Below are positions 1-12,000 of a stretch of 60,000 nucleotides of DNA, in pieces. This DNA is from Lytechinus pictus (lineage: Eukaryota): the NCBI RefSeq assembly GCF_037042905.1, contig NC_087251.1, positions 20,896,001 to 20,956,000 of the forward strand. The letters are read 5' to 3'. The translations under genes were made by a program, and so were the position numbers. A model generated the notes under the pieces. The model saw only the letters and a program-made list of their open reading frames with translations. It was not told the DNA's origin and made no database searches. How positions within the stretch are numbered: position 1 is the stretch's first letter; the number at the start of each line of letters is the position of its first letter.

Positions 1-3000
1 TCCAGATACAAGCTATGATGCAGGGGTGTACAGCTATAACTGTGGTATTGGCTTCGATTCTTTCTCGTGAGTATTCCATCATATCTAATCTATACCAGAC
101 ATCTAAGATGCTAGTACAGAAACTGTTTCCCAAAATTAGTATTTCTGCCAAAAAATTATGCTTTTATGGTTTCTTAATGTAGCGGTACATATTTCATGTA
201 ATTTTCTCTTGTATATCTTGAAAAAGAAGGGAAATATATCCACTGTGAAAAAAAATCCTAAAGATTTGCAGTCTTCTGGTTTTTGTATTACTTTTATGAA
301 TTTTAACATTTTTCAACAATCATTAGTCTTACTCAAGTCATAAACATTTTATAAGTACATCCATACAGCAACCCCTAAAAGAATGCCTATTGATATCAGT
401 GTTTTATCGTAACTGAATCAATGCTTGATTTGACTGCCATTTTCTACTTTATTTTTCTTTTTCCCCCGTCAGATGTTCATTGTTGATGGTGTTTCAGATC
501 GTAACCACAAGCAACTGGCATGAGATTATGAATGCTGTGAGTATAATGAATAAGTATTGATACTGATGACAATAATTCATTTATTTGCACTGAGGAAATG
601 ATCTCCTGATTACTTTATTTTCAGTTGTAAAAATCAGTTCTTCTAATTCCGTCCTGAATTTTTGCATATTTATACTACACTGTATATGTATTGGAGGAAA
701 TGAATGCCCAACATTATACACATAGATATATATATGTAGATATTAAAGAAGTTTCGTTTTCCTGTCCTTGGAGAATAAAGTCTTCATTTTCCTTTACCTA
801 TCTTGATGAAAGGTAATATTCACTCATTTTTAAATAGTTCATACCTTCAGATTAAAAACAAACTGAACTATGAACTTAGAACTTTGAAATGCAGATCCTT
901 TATATGTAATGTTTTAAGATCTAGTTGTTGAATTATTGCAGTTTCACCTTGATTCCTATTTCATTCAGTTGGTAACTGGATTAATGGTTGTCTTCTGATT
1001 ACAGGCAATGGTTGCTACAACACAATGGGCATGTATCTACTTTGTTGGTTGCTTTACAACTATCAATCTGGTTGTCATGAAGTGAGTATTGTGTTCCTTA
1101 ATAAGTTACAAAATTGTTTGAAGAATAAGTGAATATCCATCTAGTCTAATCCAATTTTGTCATTTCATGCATAGGAAAACTTCCATGAAATATATGTAAA
1201 TTGTATATGTAGTTCTCTTTACTCAGTTTGGCCCTGCATTGATTTCAAAGGAAATTATGGTAGTTATTATTATTAATTATTTTGATTTATGAAACTCTTT
1301 TTTGTGTTTGACCATTTGTTTGATTATTTATTCAAGATTCAGTTGTGATTTGGACAGATGGGTAACTTTCCTTTCTATTTCATTTCAGTTTATTTGTTGC
1401 CATTGCTATTGAAGCATTCAATAAGCTTGGTACAGAGAAAGAGACAGAAAAGGAAACAAATCAAGAGAAGACTGACAATCAGGAGGTAGGTTTATATTCA
1501 TGCAATCTACATTTATAGAGATTCAATCATTATACAGTTTATATATATATTTTTATGTCCATTAGATTATGTAAAATATATTGCTCATTTCTAACAAAAA
1601 AATAGGTTAATATGCATCTGTATGTTTATGTATTATGAAATTCATATGATGATCCAATTTGAATTTATTGATAATTCCATGCTTTTTCATGTTTAGTTAA
1701 ATTTTAAAACTCTTGAAAAACATGATAATGTCTCCAAAGATTTAATAGAGTTGATTTGAATTTAAATCTATGTGTACAAGATCATGTTAGGATGTAATTT
1801 TTGTTATAGATATTAGTTTTTTTATTTAATACTATCTTGATTAAGCTACTGGTACCTGATACACATTCAATGATTTATTGCGGTGAAAGTCTACCAAATA
1901 TGCAGACAGCAAAAAAAATATAGAGTTACTATAAATATAGGTTATGGAAATCTTGCCTTTAAATAATTTGACATTATATATTTACTTATTGTCTGTCTTT
2001 TTGTGTGTCTGTCTGTTCATCTCGCCTTTTCTCTCTTTCATCTGCTTATCTATCTCCCTATTTCTGTCTCAACCCTTTATCTTTTCTCTCTCTCTATCTG
2101 TATACCTCTGCAGGAAAGTTTCGCTGGTTCAGCAATGACATTCATCAACAACCTGTTTGAAAGCTCAAGGGTATGTTTGATTTGTTTAAATTTTACTTTA
2201 TTTTGTGATTAATTTTCATTAAAAGCTTCTCACTCTGCCTGTCTACATACTTTTATAGTTAAAGATCAAACAAGAATAATACTTCTGTAGAATGATAGAT
2301 AATTGATTAGATGACTTATTATATAGTCATCAGAATGGTAAGCTGAAAGAAACAGTAACCTCATGCATCGTAGCCCTTGTAATTCAGTTCCATATGATAA
2401 TAATCTTGGTTCTGTGAAATGAATTAATCCCTACTGTAAATATCAATGCAAAACAATGTTATACAACCAAATCAACAATCATGATTAAACTTTGTAATTA
2501 AATTCTATATTTGATTTATATGTAGATTGTGAAACCTACTTTAAAGTGGTGTTATTGTGATTTTAGTAAGATGCATTTTTTTCCTATCTAGACCGAGCAG
2601 GAAAAGGAGAAACTTTCTCAGAGGCCAACAGGCAGTCCAAGAATGAGAAGACCCAGTAGAGTGGTATGTTTTTTCAAAACATGATATTAACAAACTATTC
2701 AACTTCTAAACATGCAATATTATGATGGTTGATGGTTTTCAGCGTTCCTCTCAATCTATACCTGTTTTCTAAGTTTTTATTCTCATATTGATTCTCCAAC
2801 ATTCTCTTTTATGGATCAATCTTAATTTCGTTATCAAATTTAATTTTCTAACTATATTATTGACTAATTGATTAACAGTCTTAATTTTGTCTATCTCTTT
2901 CAACTCTGTTTAAATCTTCCTCTTTTAATACTGTTAAAATCTTCCTCATGTTATGTGTCATTTTACAACATAAACATGTTGAGAAAACATGTAACATGAA

Positions 3001-6000
3001 CACTTTGTATTTTGAACTGATTTTGAAATTATAGTAGTTGATGTGTTTAGAACCTGTATTCAAAATTCATATGATCTGTCTAAATGCCAGGGGATATTAC
3101 ATATTAAAAAAAAAAATCTAATCTCGTGTTGGCTTACTCTTCAGGTTGAGTAGCTAATATTCAACTATGTACTTTCCTGGTTAAATATTTTGCTTGTCAT
3201 GTGTACCATGAATATTGGTGAACTCAATACTATGGGTAAATGTGATTTATTTTTAGCCAACTTCATTTAGTGATGATGCATATTGTATTATTTTGCTCTT
3301 GATCACCATTATAATTTAGTATCTGTGTGTGATCCTCATCACTAAACCTAGTCAGAATGGCAGAGTTCACCAGTAATTACGGTACTTTGAAAACAATAGA
3401 TGTATATGTGACCCTCCACGACAAAACAAGAAATTACACTAAAAATGAGAGAAAGTCAGACAAGTTATATTTAACAAAAATAAGGAGAAAAAATGTTTTT
3501 ATAAAAAGAGTGAGTACCTGCATGGGTTTAATCCTAACTGCATGGGGGGGGGGGGCAAACAACTTTACTTGGCGCAGCACCATCTTTAAACTATTTTCTT
3601 TGAAGCCTTGCGCATATTTTGACACCAAGTTTGTGACCAAAGGTCAACCTGAAAATGATATTTTTTTCCATTTTTGTTTACAAAACCAATAGGAATGTGA
3701 TTTTTTCAATTTTGGCTGTAAATCAGTAACTACTTAATATTTTGGCTTTGTTTTGACATAAAGTTGATCAAACTAAATATTCAAACAAACATGTAAGAAA
3801 AAACAATATAATACAAAAACATTAAAAACAATATGATACATAAGAAATTCAATAAAAATATGAAATACATGAGAATAGATGTTGATTCAGATATTTTTCT
3901 ATGCTCCAATGTTAACAATGCTTCTAGGATACTTTGAAAACCAAAAATAATTTATAAAAATCTTTCTGTATGAAGTTATTTCAGAAAAACATGATCTATG
4001 CATATAAATTTGCACAAATTATCATAACTAATTAAAAAAAACAAATTTTTGTGAATTTTTACCCTGTTTATCTCTGTGCAATTTTTGAGGTTCATGCAAA
4101 TTTTCGCAGTGGTCAGCCTTTTCGGGACCAAGATCTGAAGGAGGGGGGACCTGTATTTTCATGGAGTGAAATAGCCCAGTACAGTATTAAGGGTCATAAT
4201 GTCAAAGTACAAAAGGTTGGAGAAAACGTTGCTATATATATACATGTATTATGGAGGGATTAGTTGATTAAATTGACACTTCACTTAGCCTTTGAATGTA
4301 TTCTCTTTAAGTTTAGAACCCTGATAGGATTTGGCTTTATGGAGTAGGTTTTGTAAAGAGAGCAAGTTCATCATTTTTAAACCTTTGAAATTGTTGTAGT
4401 TGTATTTTTTGGCCGTATCTACTTTTGACTCTTTACGATAACTCTACTGTGATCTATTTGTTTTGTGGTGGAGAGTCACATTTATTCCTTCTGACGAGTT
4501 TTTCTTTACTAATAATATCAATATTGAGGGTTGGTTGAGTGTTACTAATTGTGTATTTGTGCTTATTAATATCAGAGTGTTACTTCTACCTTTGGTGCTT
4601 TCCCTGGTTCTCCTCCTAACCTACTTGATGTGCCTCAGTATCCTAAAATTGTAAGTTTATCTGTATGCTGATATAGTCATTGGATATTTGCCTATTAAGG
4701 GATTGCCACTTGGTCTAATTCTAATATGAATAATTCCATTTGGTCTCTATCCATGTTATCAAACAACTATTTGATCTAATTTTCATTTTTTCATATTTAC
4801 CATTTTTTAATGCTAATGGGGTCATGAAGAGTTGGACTTGGGCTTATCTCACATTTACTGACTCCAATATATCTATAACTATTTTTACCAGACACCATAG
4901 TTGCTCTAATTAACCGCCACTTATACTGTTTAGTGTTTTGTTTAATTTCCTGTAATAGGAAATCTATTTGGTCTAATATCTACCCACTTGTTCTAATATA
5001 TGATAAGACAAACTAATTGAGGAAGTTCTGGATTGGGAACACAATAGACTAAGTGGCATTAAGATTGTTTATCAAACAAAACAACATTTAGACCAAGCAA
5101 GTATAAAACCAAAATGATGAAAGGACCAAATAGCTTCAACAAAATTGATCCATGGTAGAACAAAGTTTTGCAATGTTCTCTGATTTGCAGCTGTTTTTAA
5201 AAAAGATTGTTAACCAGCAATTAAACACAAGTAAGAATGATAACCGAATCCCCAGTTCAGTATGATGCGTTGTGCATTTCACTGCTAGTTTAATTTAGTT
5301 TAGTTTAATTAAGCCAAAGTTTAAACATAGGAATTTCTGGGGATTTTTGAGTGATTAAATTTCTATTATCTCATTAAAGGATTACATCTTAATTTCAGTG
5401 GCCACTGGCACAAGTGTATAAATTAGGATTTTGCAATATTGCACAGCTTGTTTTTTACCAATCTGGGACCCATTGCATAGCCATAAAAAACTCTGGCAAA
5501 TAAACAAAAACTCTGGCAAACAAAATTATGCCATTGAAAATTACACATTACAAAACTCTGACAAAATATTTGCCAGAGATTTTATGGCAACATTTTTATG
5601 CAACAGGTCCCAGAAGTGCTCATTAGTGACTGTCAGATATATTGCAGATGCATGAATAATGCAGTATTATTTGATCAAACAAACTTTGTACCTCTGACAA
5701 ATGTTTAAAAAATGTATTTAAAATCCATGTCTAGCATATTCACGAAGTGCATTTCTTATAAAATGTTTCAATTGTAGCCTGTGATTCAGGAAGAGGAAGA
5801 AGAACAAGAGGAGGATCTCAGTGGATTAAGCAGAGAGGAAAGAAAGAAGAGACAGATGAAGAAAAGAAGAGAGAAAAGAAAGAATAAAGTGAAGACAATG
5901 ATCTTTGTTATGACAGCGTTCAGGGCCACCAAAGATTCTGAGCTGAACCTCAATGTCGGAGAGGAAATAGAAGTTGTTGGCAAGGTAAATTTGGAAAACA

Positions 6001-9000
6001 AAGATCAGTGCTTCAAATGAACAAATTGATAGGTTTGATAGAAATTTATTTAAATTGAGAATATTTTAGAATAGTTTTATGCTGATGGATGTCGACAAAA
6101 AAATTAATGCATAACTGGGTGGTGTTTCATTATGTTGGGAGAGCGTTGTTGGCTCAGTCGGTAACTTGTCTGAATGTCGAACCAAAGATCGTGGGTTCGA
6201 GTCCACCCCGGGCGGATGACTGCATGAAGCCAGTGCATTGTGTGTAAACGTCTCTCCCATGTTTCAAAGATGCTGGCTATGTTCCAATGGAAAACACTCC
6301 GTCCCTCGGATAGGACGTTTAATGGAGGCCCCTTGTAGAGGAGAGTCACCACCTTTGCACGTTAAGAACCCACTGCACTATTCGTATAAGAGTAGGGGGA
6401 AACCCCGGTGTAGTGGTCAACCTGCACTCCCCCAATCAGTTATATCGGGAGGAGAGACCTGCGGGTCATAGTGATTTAGTTCACTTTTGACCTTCCAGGC
6501 ACAGGTGACGCCAAACAAATAATAATGATAATAATAATATTAAATATTGATAATGTTCATAAAGTTAAGCATGACCTTTTACAACTGGAACATGTTCTCT
6601 AGTGCTAAGTCAGCTACATAATGTAATATAATTAAGCACAAGAGAGGGTCCCAAGTCTTCTGTAAGGTCATGCATAACTTACGAACAGCTATTTGAAACA
6701 GCCCCTTGTACTCTTAACCAGTAATATTGCAAGTGCGTATTTGTAAGACTTGGTGAAATGTAAACAATTTTGTTGTAAAAGTTTGTCTGTAGAAATGCCT
6801 GTGCAAGAAAAATTTGTATTTTGAAGAAAAATAGGTGAAACAGATAAATGGACAATTCGTTTATGGTACAGTAGTGCATGTGACTCTTGCCATAAATGTA
6901 TTGGTGATTTCATGAACTTGAAACAAAGGCAGGCTTTAGGTACGGGTGTATAGTTAACCGTTTCTAATCAAGGTGAGACAGTTATTCACAATTCTAGCAA
7001 ACTACCAGAGCTAAACTTTTGCTTTAATGTTGTTTTTTCTTTGATTTGAAAATTTACAGCAAGATGAATGGTGGGAAGGACGCAAGGACAATGAAGAACA
7101 GGGATGGTTTCCTGCATCTCATGTCAAAGAGATATCAAGAAGTCAACCTCCCCCAGTTCCAACTCCTTTTGCACAGCGCCCTCATGTGACCCGTAAGGCA
7201 ACGCAGGAAAGCATCAAGTCTGGTAGCTTTAGTGAAACAGATTTCTTCCCATTGAACACAGCATTGGTAGGCAGTCTCTAATTTTAAGTTTAATTTTTTA
7301 ATTCATAAAACCTACCAGTAATGGTAACTCTACCCATATACACTGGTCACTGTTCCTTATTACCATGGTACCACTGCTCATCAGCCATTCAAAATCAAAT
7401 TCTTTTTTGCTAGTTAATCATTGATGGAAAAATTCTCATTAATGATAAGCTTTAGGGAACGGACATGTGTTGAATTTACTATTTGATTCCATTTAGCACC
7501 AAATTGTACTAACATCGAAAAGGTAATTTCTTGTTTTCTTTACTTCTGGTAAAAGAACAAAATGACTTGATTTAGTATATTTAGACAACCCATTCTAGAT
7601 AACAAATTATATGCGTGCTTTCCATGGTTGAGTTTAAATATTAAACAATATCATTGTTTATAGGAGAAAATGCCATAGTCCACTGTTGTGTAACAGAAAT
7701 GCATTAAGAGTAACCAGTTTAACCCTCTGATGAATTCTTTTTTTTTCTTCAGAATTCTACCCAGGATAGACTGATGTCAACCTCAGGATCTACAAACAGC
7801 CTCGATTCTACAGCAAAGAGACCAAAGCTGAAATTAAAGAACACATCAGGAGGAAACTGGAGGAAAGAAATTCTAGGAGATATCACTGTTATGAACCCGC
7901 AAGAGGTATATATATGGTTTGATATTGTTGTTTTTATTTTATGGTGTTTTTCAATAGCCTTAGATGATTTTATGCCAGGCAATGTTGAGAGATATGTAAA
8001 TTTGAGTGAAATGATTTGATTTCGTCAATTGGCTTTGGAAGAAGATGGCTATAAAGCTGAAGGGAAATTAGAGAAAGAGGAGGAAGAAGATGAAGAGGAA
8101 AAATGAGATTAGGGCAAGGGGAAAAAGAAGGAAGGAGGAGAAGATGGAAATGGAGAAGATGATCCTACCTTTCTAATATTTTCTTCTGTAGACATTACAT
8201 TTTCTGCATTATTACAGAAGATCCAATGTTAGTTGGATGCATAACTTTTCTTCTTTTTGTATTATATAGGAGAAGGACGAGGCATACAGTTATATTAAAT
8301 TATACTTATTTCACAAAGATCATATTTCTGGTATCATTCTTGTTTCACAGCTGAAGGAGTTGAATAAGATCCTGAAATCACAACACACAATGAATGCCAA
8401 GTCACACAGTTTAGGAGGTGTAAGTATTTTTTTTATTTCTTAAAAAAAAAGGAGTGTATACATTCATGATCATTTGGTAATAAAAAAATCAGAATGCCTT
8501 AAGTCATTATTTGGGTTTTGTCATTTTAATGATTGATGACATTTTAGTGAAAAAATGCCAGAAAGCTGAAATGGAAAATATAAAATGATAAAATAATTCA
8601 TGCGATGATGTACGTTTGATCTGTGTTAGTTGGTTATTATTTTCAGAAATTCTTCTATGAACCTATTTTATTTGTTTTCCTCTTTTGACTTGTTGATGTT
8701 AATTAAGTAAATATTGTTGTGATAAAAACATTTAGGATTTTGATCATATAGATTATTTCGAGTTGTCATTATTGTTATACAAAATGAATTCACATAAATA
8801 TATTTCACATTTTGTATTTCATTGCAGAGTTTACGAAGACAAGCTGCCATGTAAGTACTATATACTTGGATTCATTGGGCCAAAATATAAAGAATCAATA
8901 TGTATCTACACTGCTGATTTAATTGTCTTATTTAAAAATAAATGTTCTATATATAAGAATTATTCATCTGGTAGCAGCACATATGTATATTGTGATTACG

Positions 9001-12000
9001 GTGTCACCTGCTTATAATCTATTTCCCTTGAATATTTCTTAAAATTCAGGTTTGGCTCGTTGAAATAAAACAAATATGATGTGGTAATCCATAGACTAAT
9101 AATGCAATGTTTACATGAAGTATCCATAATTGTTCATAAACTACACCATAAAGTCATTTTCCATGTACATTCATTTCTTAGACATGATACAATGTAAAGA
9201 TATATTGATTATGATGGTTCATAGATAAACAACTGCAAATTAAAATGTTGCATTAATTATTGCAAGCAATTATGGTTTTAATAGGAATGAACTTGTATCA
9301 TATTGGATTTGTCAAATGAAATTGACAAATTAATAAAAAAAACATTGAATGAAACCTTTCCATGCAGAATACCTCTGTATACAAACCACCTTCCATGCAC
9401 CCATTCTTGATAAAGCTTTTGCTGTCAACTTTATTTTTTCCTCATGTTAACAGATCAGAGAGCATAGAGGAAGAAAGTGAGCCAGCATCTAATATTCCAC
9501 CTCCTCCTATAGTAAGTGCACAATATATTTGTATCAATTAATTTTTTTCATCCAGTCCATGAATGATCAATGTTATACATCTTTATATTTTCTCTCTTAT
9601 TTTGAAGATTGGACATTGAACAGACTGATAATATTGAAGTAATGTGCTACTGAAACCATTTAACAACAGTATGGGATTGTAATGACAAGAAAGATCAGAT
9701 TACAGATTTGTAATCATATACTCCTTTGACCTTAAACTATGATATTTCAAAATAATTAATGATATGATAACAAACAAACTTGTTGGAAAAGAGAGCAATT
9801 AAATGTCATGCCAAAATGGAATCAAAGCTTTGGCACTTGGGTAAATGCAAATTGCAAGTGTTTTGTAAATAGAATACAAAAAAAAATATATTGTATGATG
9901 CATTCGTATTTTCGGATAATAGAGAGTCATAATTTTGTTTCTAAGAATTGAAGGAAATAAGCTTTCTGTTTCAGTTTCATGGATAATTTTTTATATTTTT
10001 GGTTATTGAAGGAAATGAACTTTGAATTTCAATTTCATATAACGTTAGAATGGAAGGGAATACATTTTCATTTTGTTGTTTTGTTTGATACAGATCAGTG
10101 TCCAGCATGCACCAGCGATTCCTCAGATCATTGAGGAGGAAGAAGAACCAGAAGAACCAGATAAAGGTATAAAACTCATTCCATTGTCTCTTTCAATTGA
10201 TTTCATACCCTATGTTTCTCATTCAACCTCCTCCTTTTCTCTTCTTTCTCTCTCTTTCATTCCTTTTCTTGTCTCTTTCCCCCTCTCTCTACACCTAAAT
10301 TGCACTTTTAACCCCCTTTGTGCCTTCCTCCCTCTCTCTTTCATTCAATTTCTTCATGCTTCTCGATGTATTTTCTATGCTATAAATACTCCACTTTACC
10401 TTTTTCCCACCCTCAGGTTTCCCTCTCTTTCCCATGTTCTATTCTTCTACTGTCATTTTTACCTCATCCCTTTATCTCTCTATTGCTCTTCTCTCTTTGT
10501 TTTCTCATGTACACTAACTGTGTTCTCTTTTCTTCCAGTCTGTATTGTCGTCACTTATTACTATGCTGGTAGAGATAAATGCTCCTTCACCATTGCTTGT
10601 TTGCTTGTTTGCTTCATTTATGGCTATGAAATTATATCTGGGCTCTCGATGCTCATTAAGCTTTTGCATGAATGTTCATTATTTCTAACTATTATAAATA
10701 TGCTGCTTGAAGACATGCCTCATATCATATTTATTCAGGCTTCATGCTTTCCATGATCAAGTATGTGTGGTTTTACAGGGAAGGCTTCATTTTTTAATCC
10801 TACTTTTCGGTGTAGCCCGGAATTTTATTGACATCTGAAGAATATGAATTTGAAAAAAAAAGGAAATTCAATAGTTATCTATTTGGCTCCAAATAATTTA
10901 CTGAACTATAAAGAATCTGCATCTTCACAATTGTTGCAAGAACCTTCACATTCCTTTCAGAAATTGATAAGCAGAGTTAGCAACAATAGGATTACTCTTC
11001 AAATCTCCATACATACTTTGTGAACTTGAAATCCAAATTATTGAACTTGTCATTTGTTGTCATTGGGCGGACGTCTTTACAGAGTGTGATTCCCAGCAGC
11101 CCCACCCCCTTCAATAACAGGATTGGGGCAAAGGGTGATTTACCTCAAAATGTGAACAAATAACACTTGTAAATTGCATAAAATTGTTTTGCATAAAAAC
11201 AGAAATGTAAATGGAGATAATTTACAAACCGAGAGAAAATTAAAAAGAAGGAAAAAATGGGGATATATGTGTGCGGTTTAGGAAGGTAATAAATGCTGAA
11301 ACCTGCAAATGATTTGTGATATTCCACAGTGATTCAATTTCTTTATTAAAAATTGAATGACTTGGCAAGGGGAATTTACGGCCGTTACATGTAGAAAATC
11401 TTCTTAATAAAATAATAAAGTAATATTTGGAATAGGGGTATAAAATTGTATAGTGTATTTTGAGTGGAGTGGATAGTAATGAATTTTTGCATACTTAAAA
11501 GATTCTTGCATACTTATTTTACATCTGTCATCTAGAGTTTGCTGTGATTCATTTTTCATCATCATCTTATATCTTCACAAACACATTTTTATAGGTGATA
11601 GTGGCAATGAAGGCGATACTGAAAGTAAGTAGTTTGTATATATTCTCACTAGCTCATATTCACCCATATTTTACAAAAGTGGTTTTATGTAATTAAGCCA
11701 TGCTTTGAAAATGTGGTTTTACTATGGGTAGCCAAATGTAACAACTATAATCTTTTTGTATCTTGACTAACCATTATGGTGTTATTCTGTTATGGAGAAG
11801 AAAACTATCTTTCTATTAGTCTAGGAGACTTTCTCATATGTCGATGTTTCATGATCTCACTCTTTTCTTTGTGACATTTTCAGTGCATGTGGCCCTTTTC
11901 TTTGAGTTGATCCAATTTTCAGTGCAGTGCTCTATTAAGTTTAATCATGAAAAGTGCATAAAGAAAGGTAAAGCTTGTGTAAATCAAATTAAATCATCAC

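Noticed and set aside
8030..8160. Purine-rich stretch reading ALEEDGYKAEGKLEKEEEEDEEEK*
   Set aside because: No good acceptor, and the flanking exons 7905/8351 already join in phase. It is low-complexity intronic sequence.
10073..10756. 227-aa hydrophobic ORF, the longest in the ORF track
   Set aside because: Only 10094-10166 is a real exon. The rest is read-through into a CT-rich intron that gives L/S/F-rich pseudo-transmembrane sequence.
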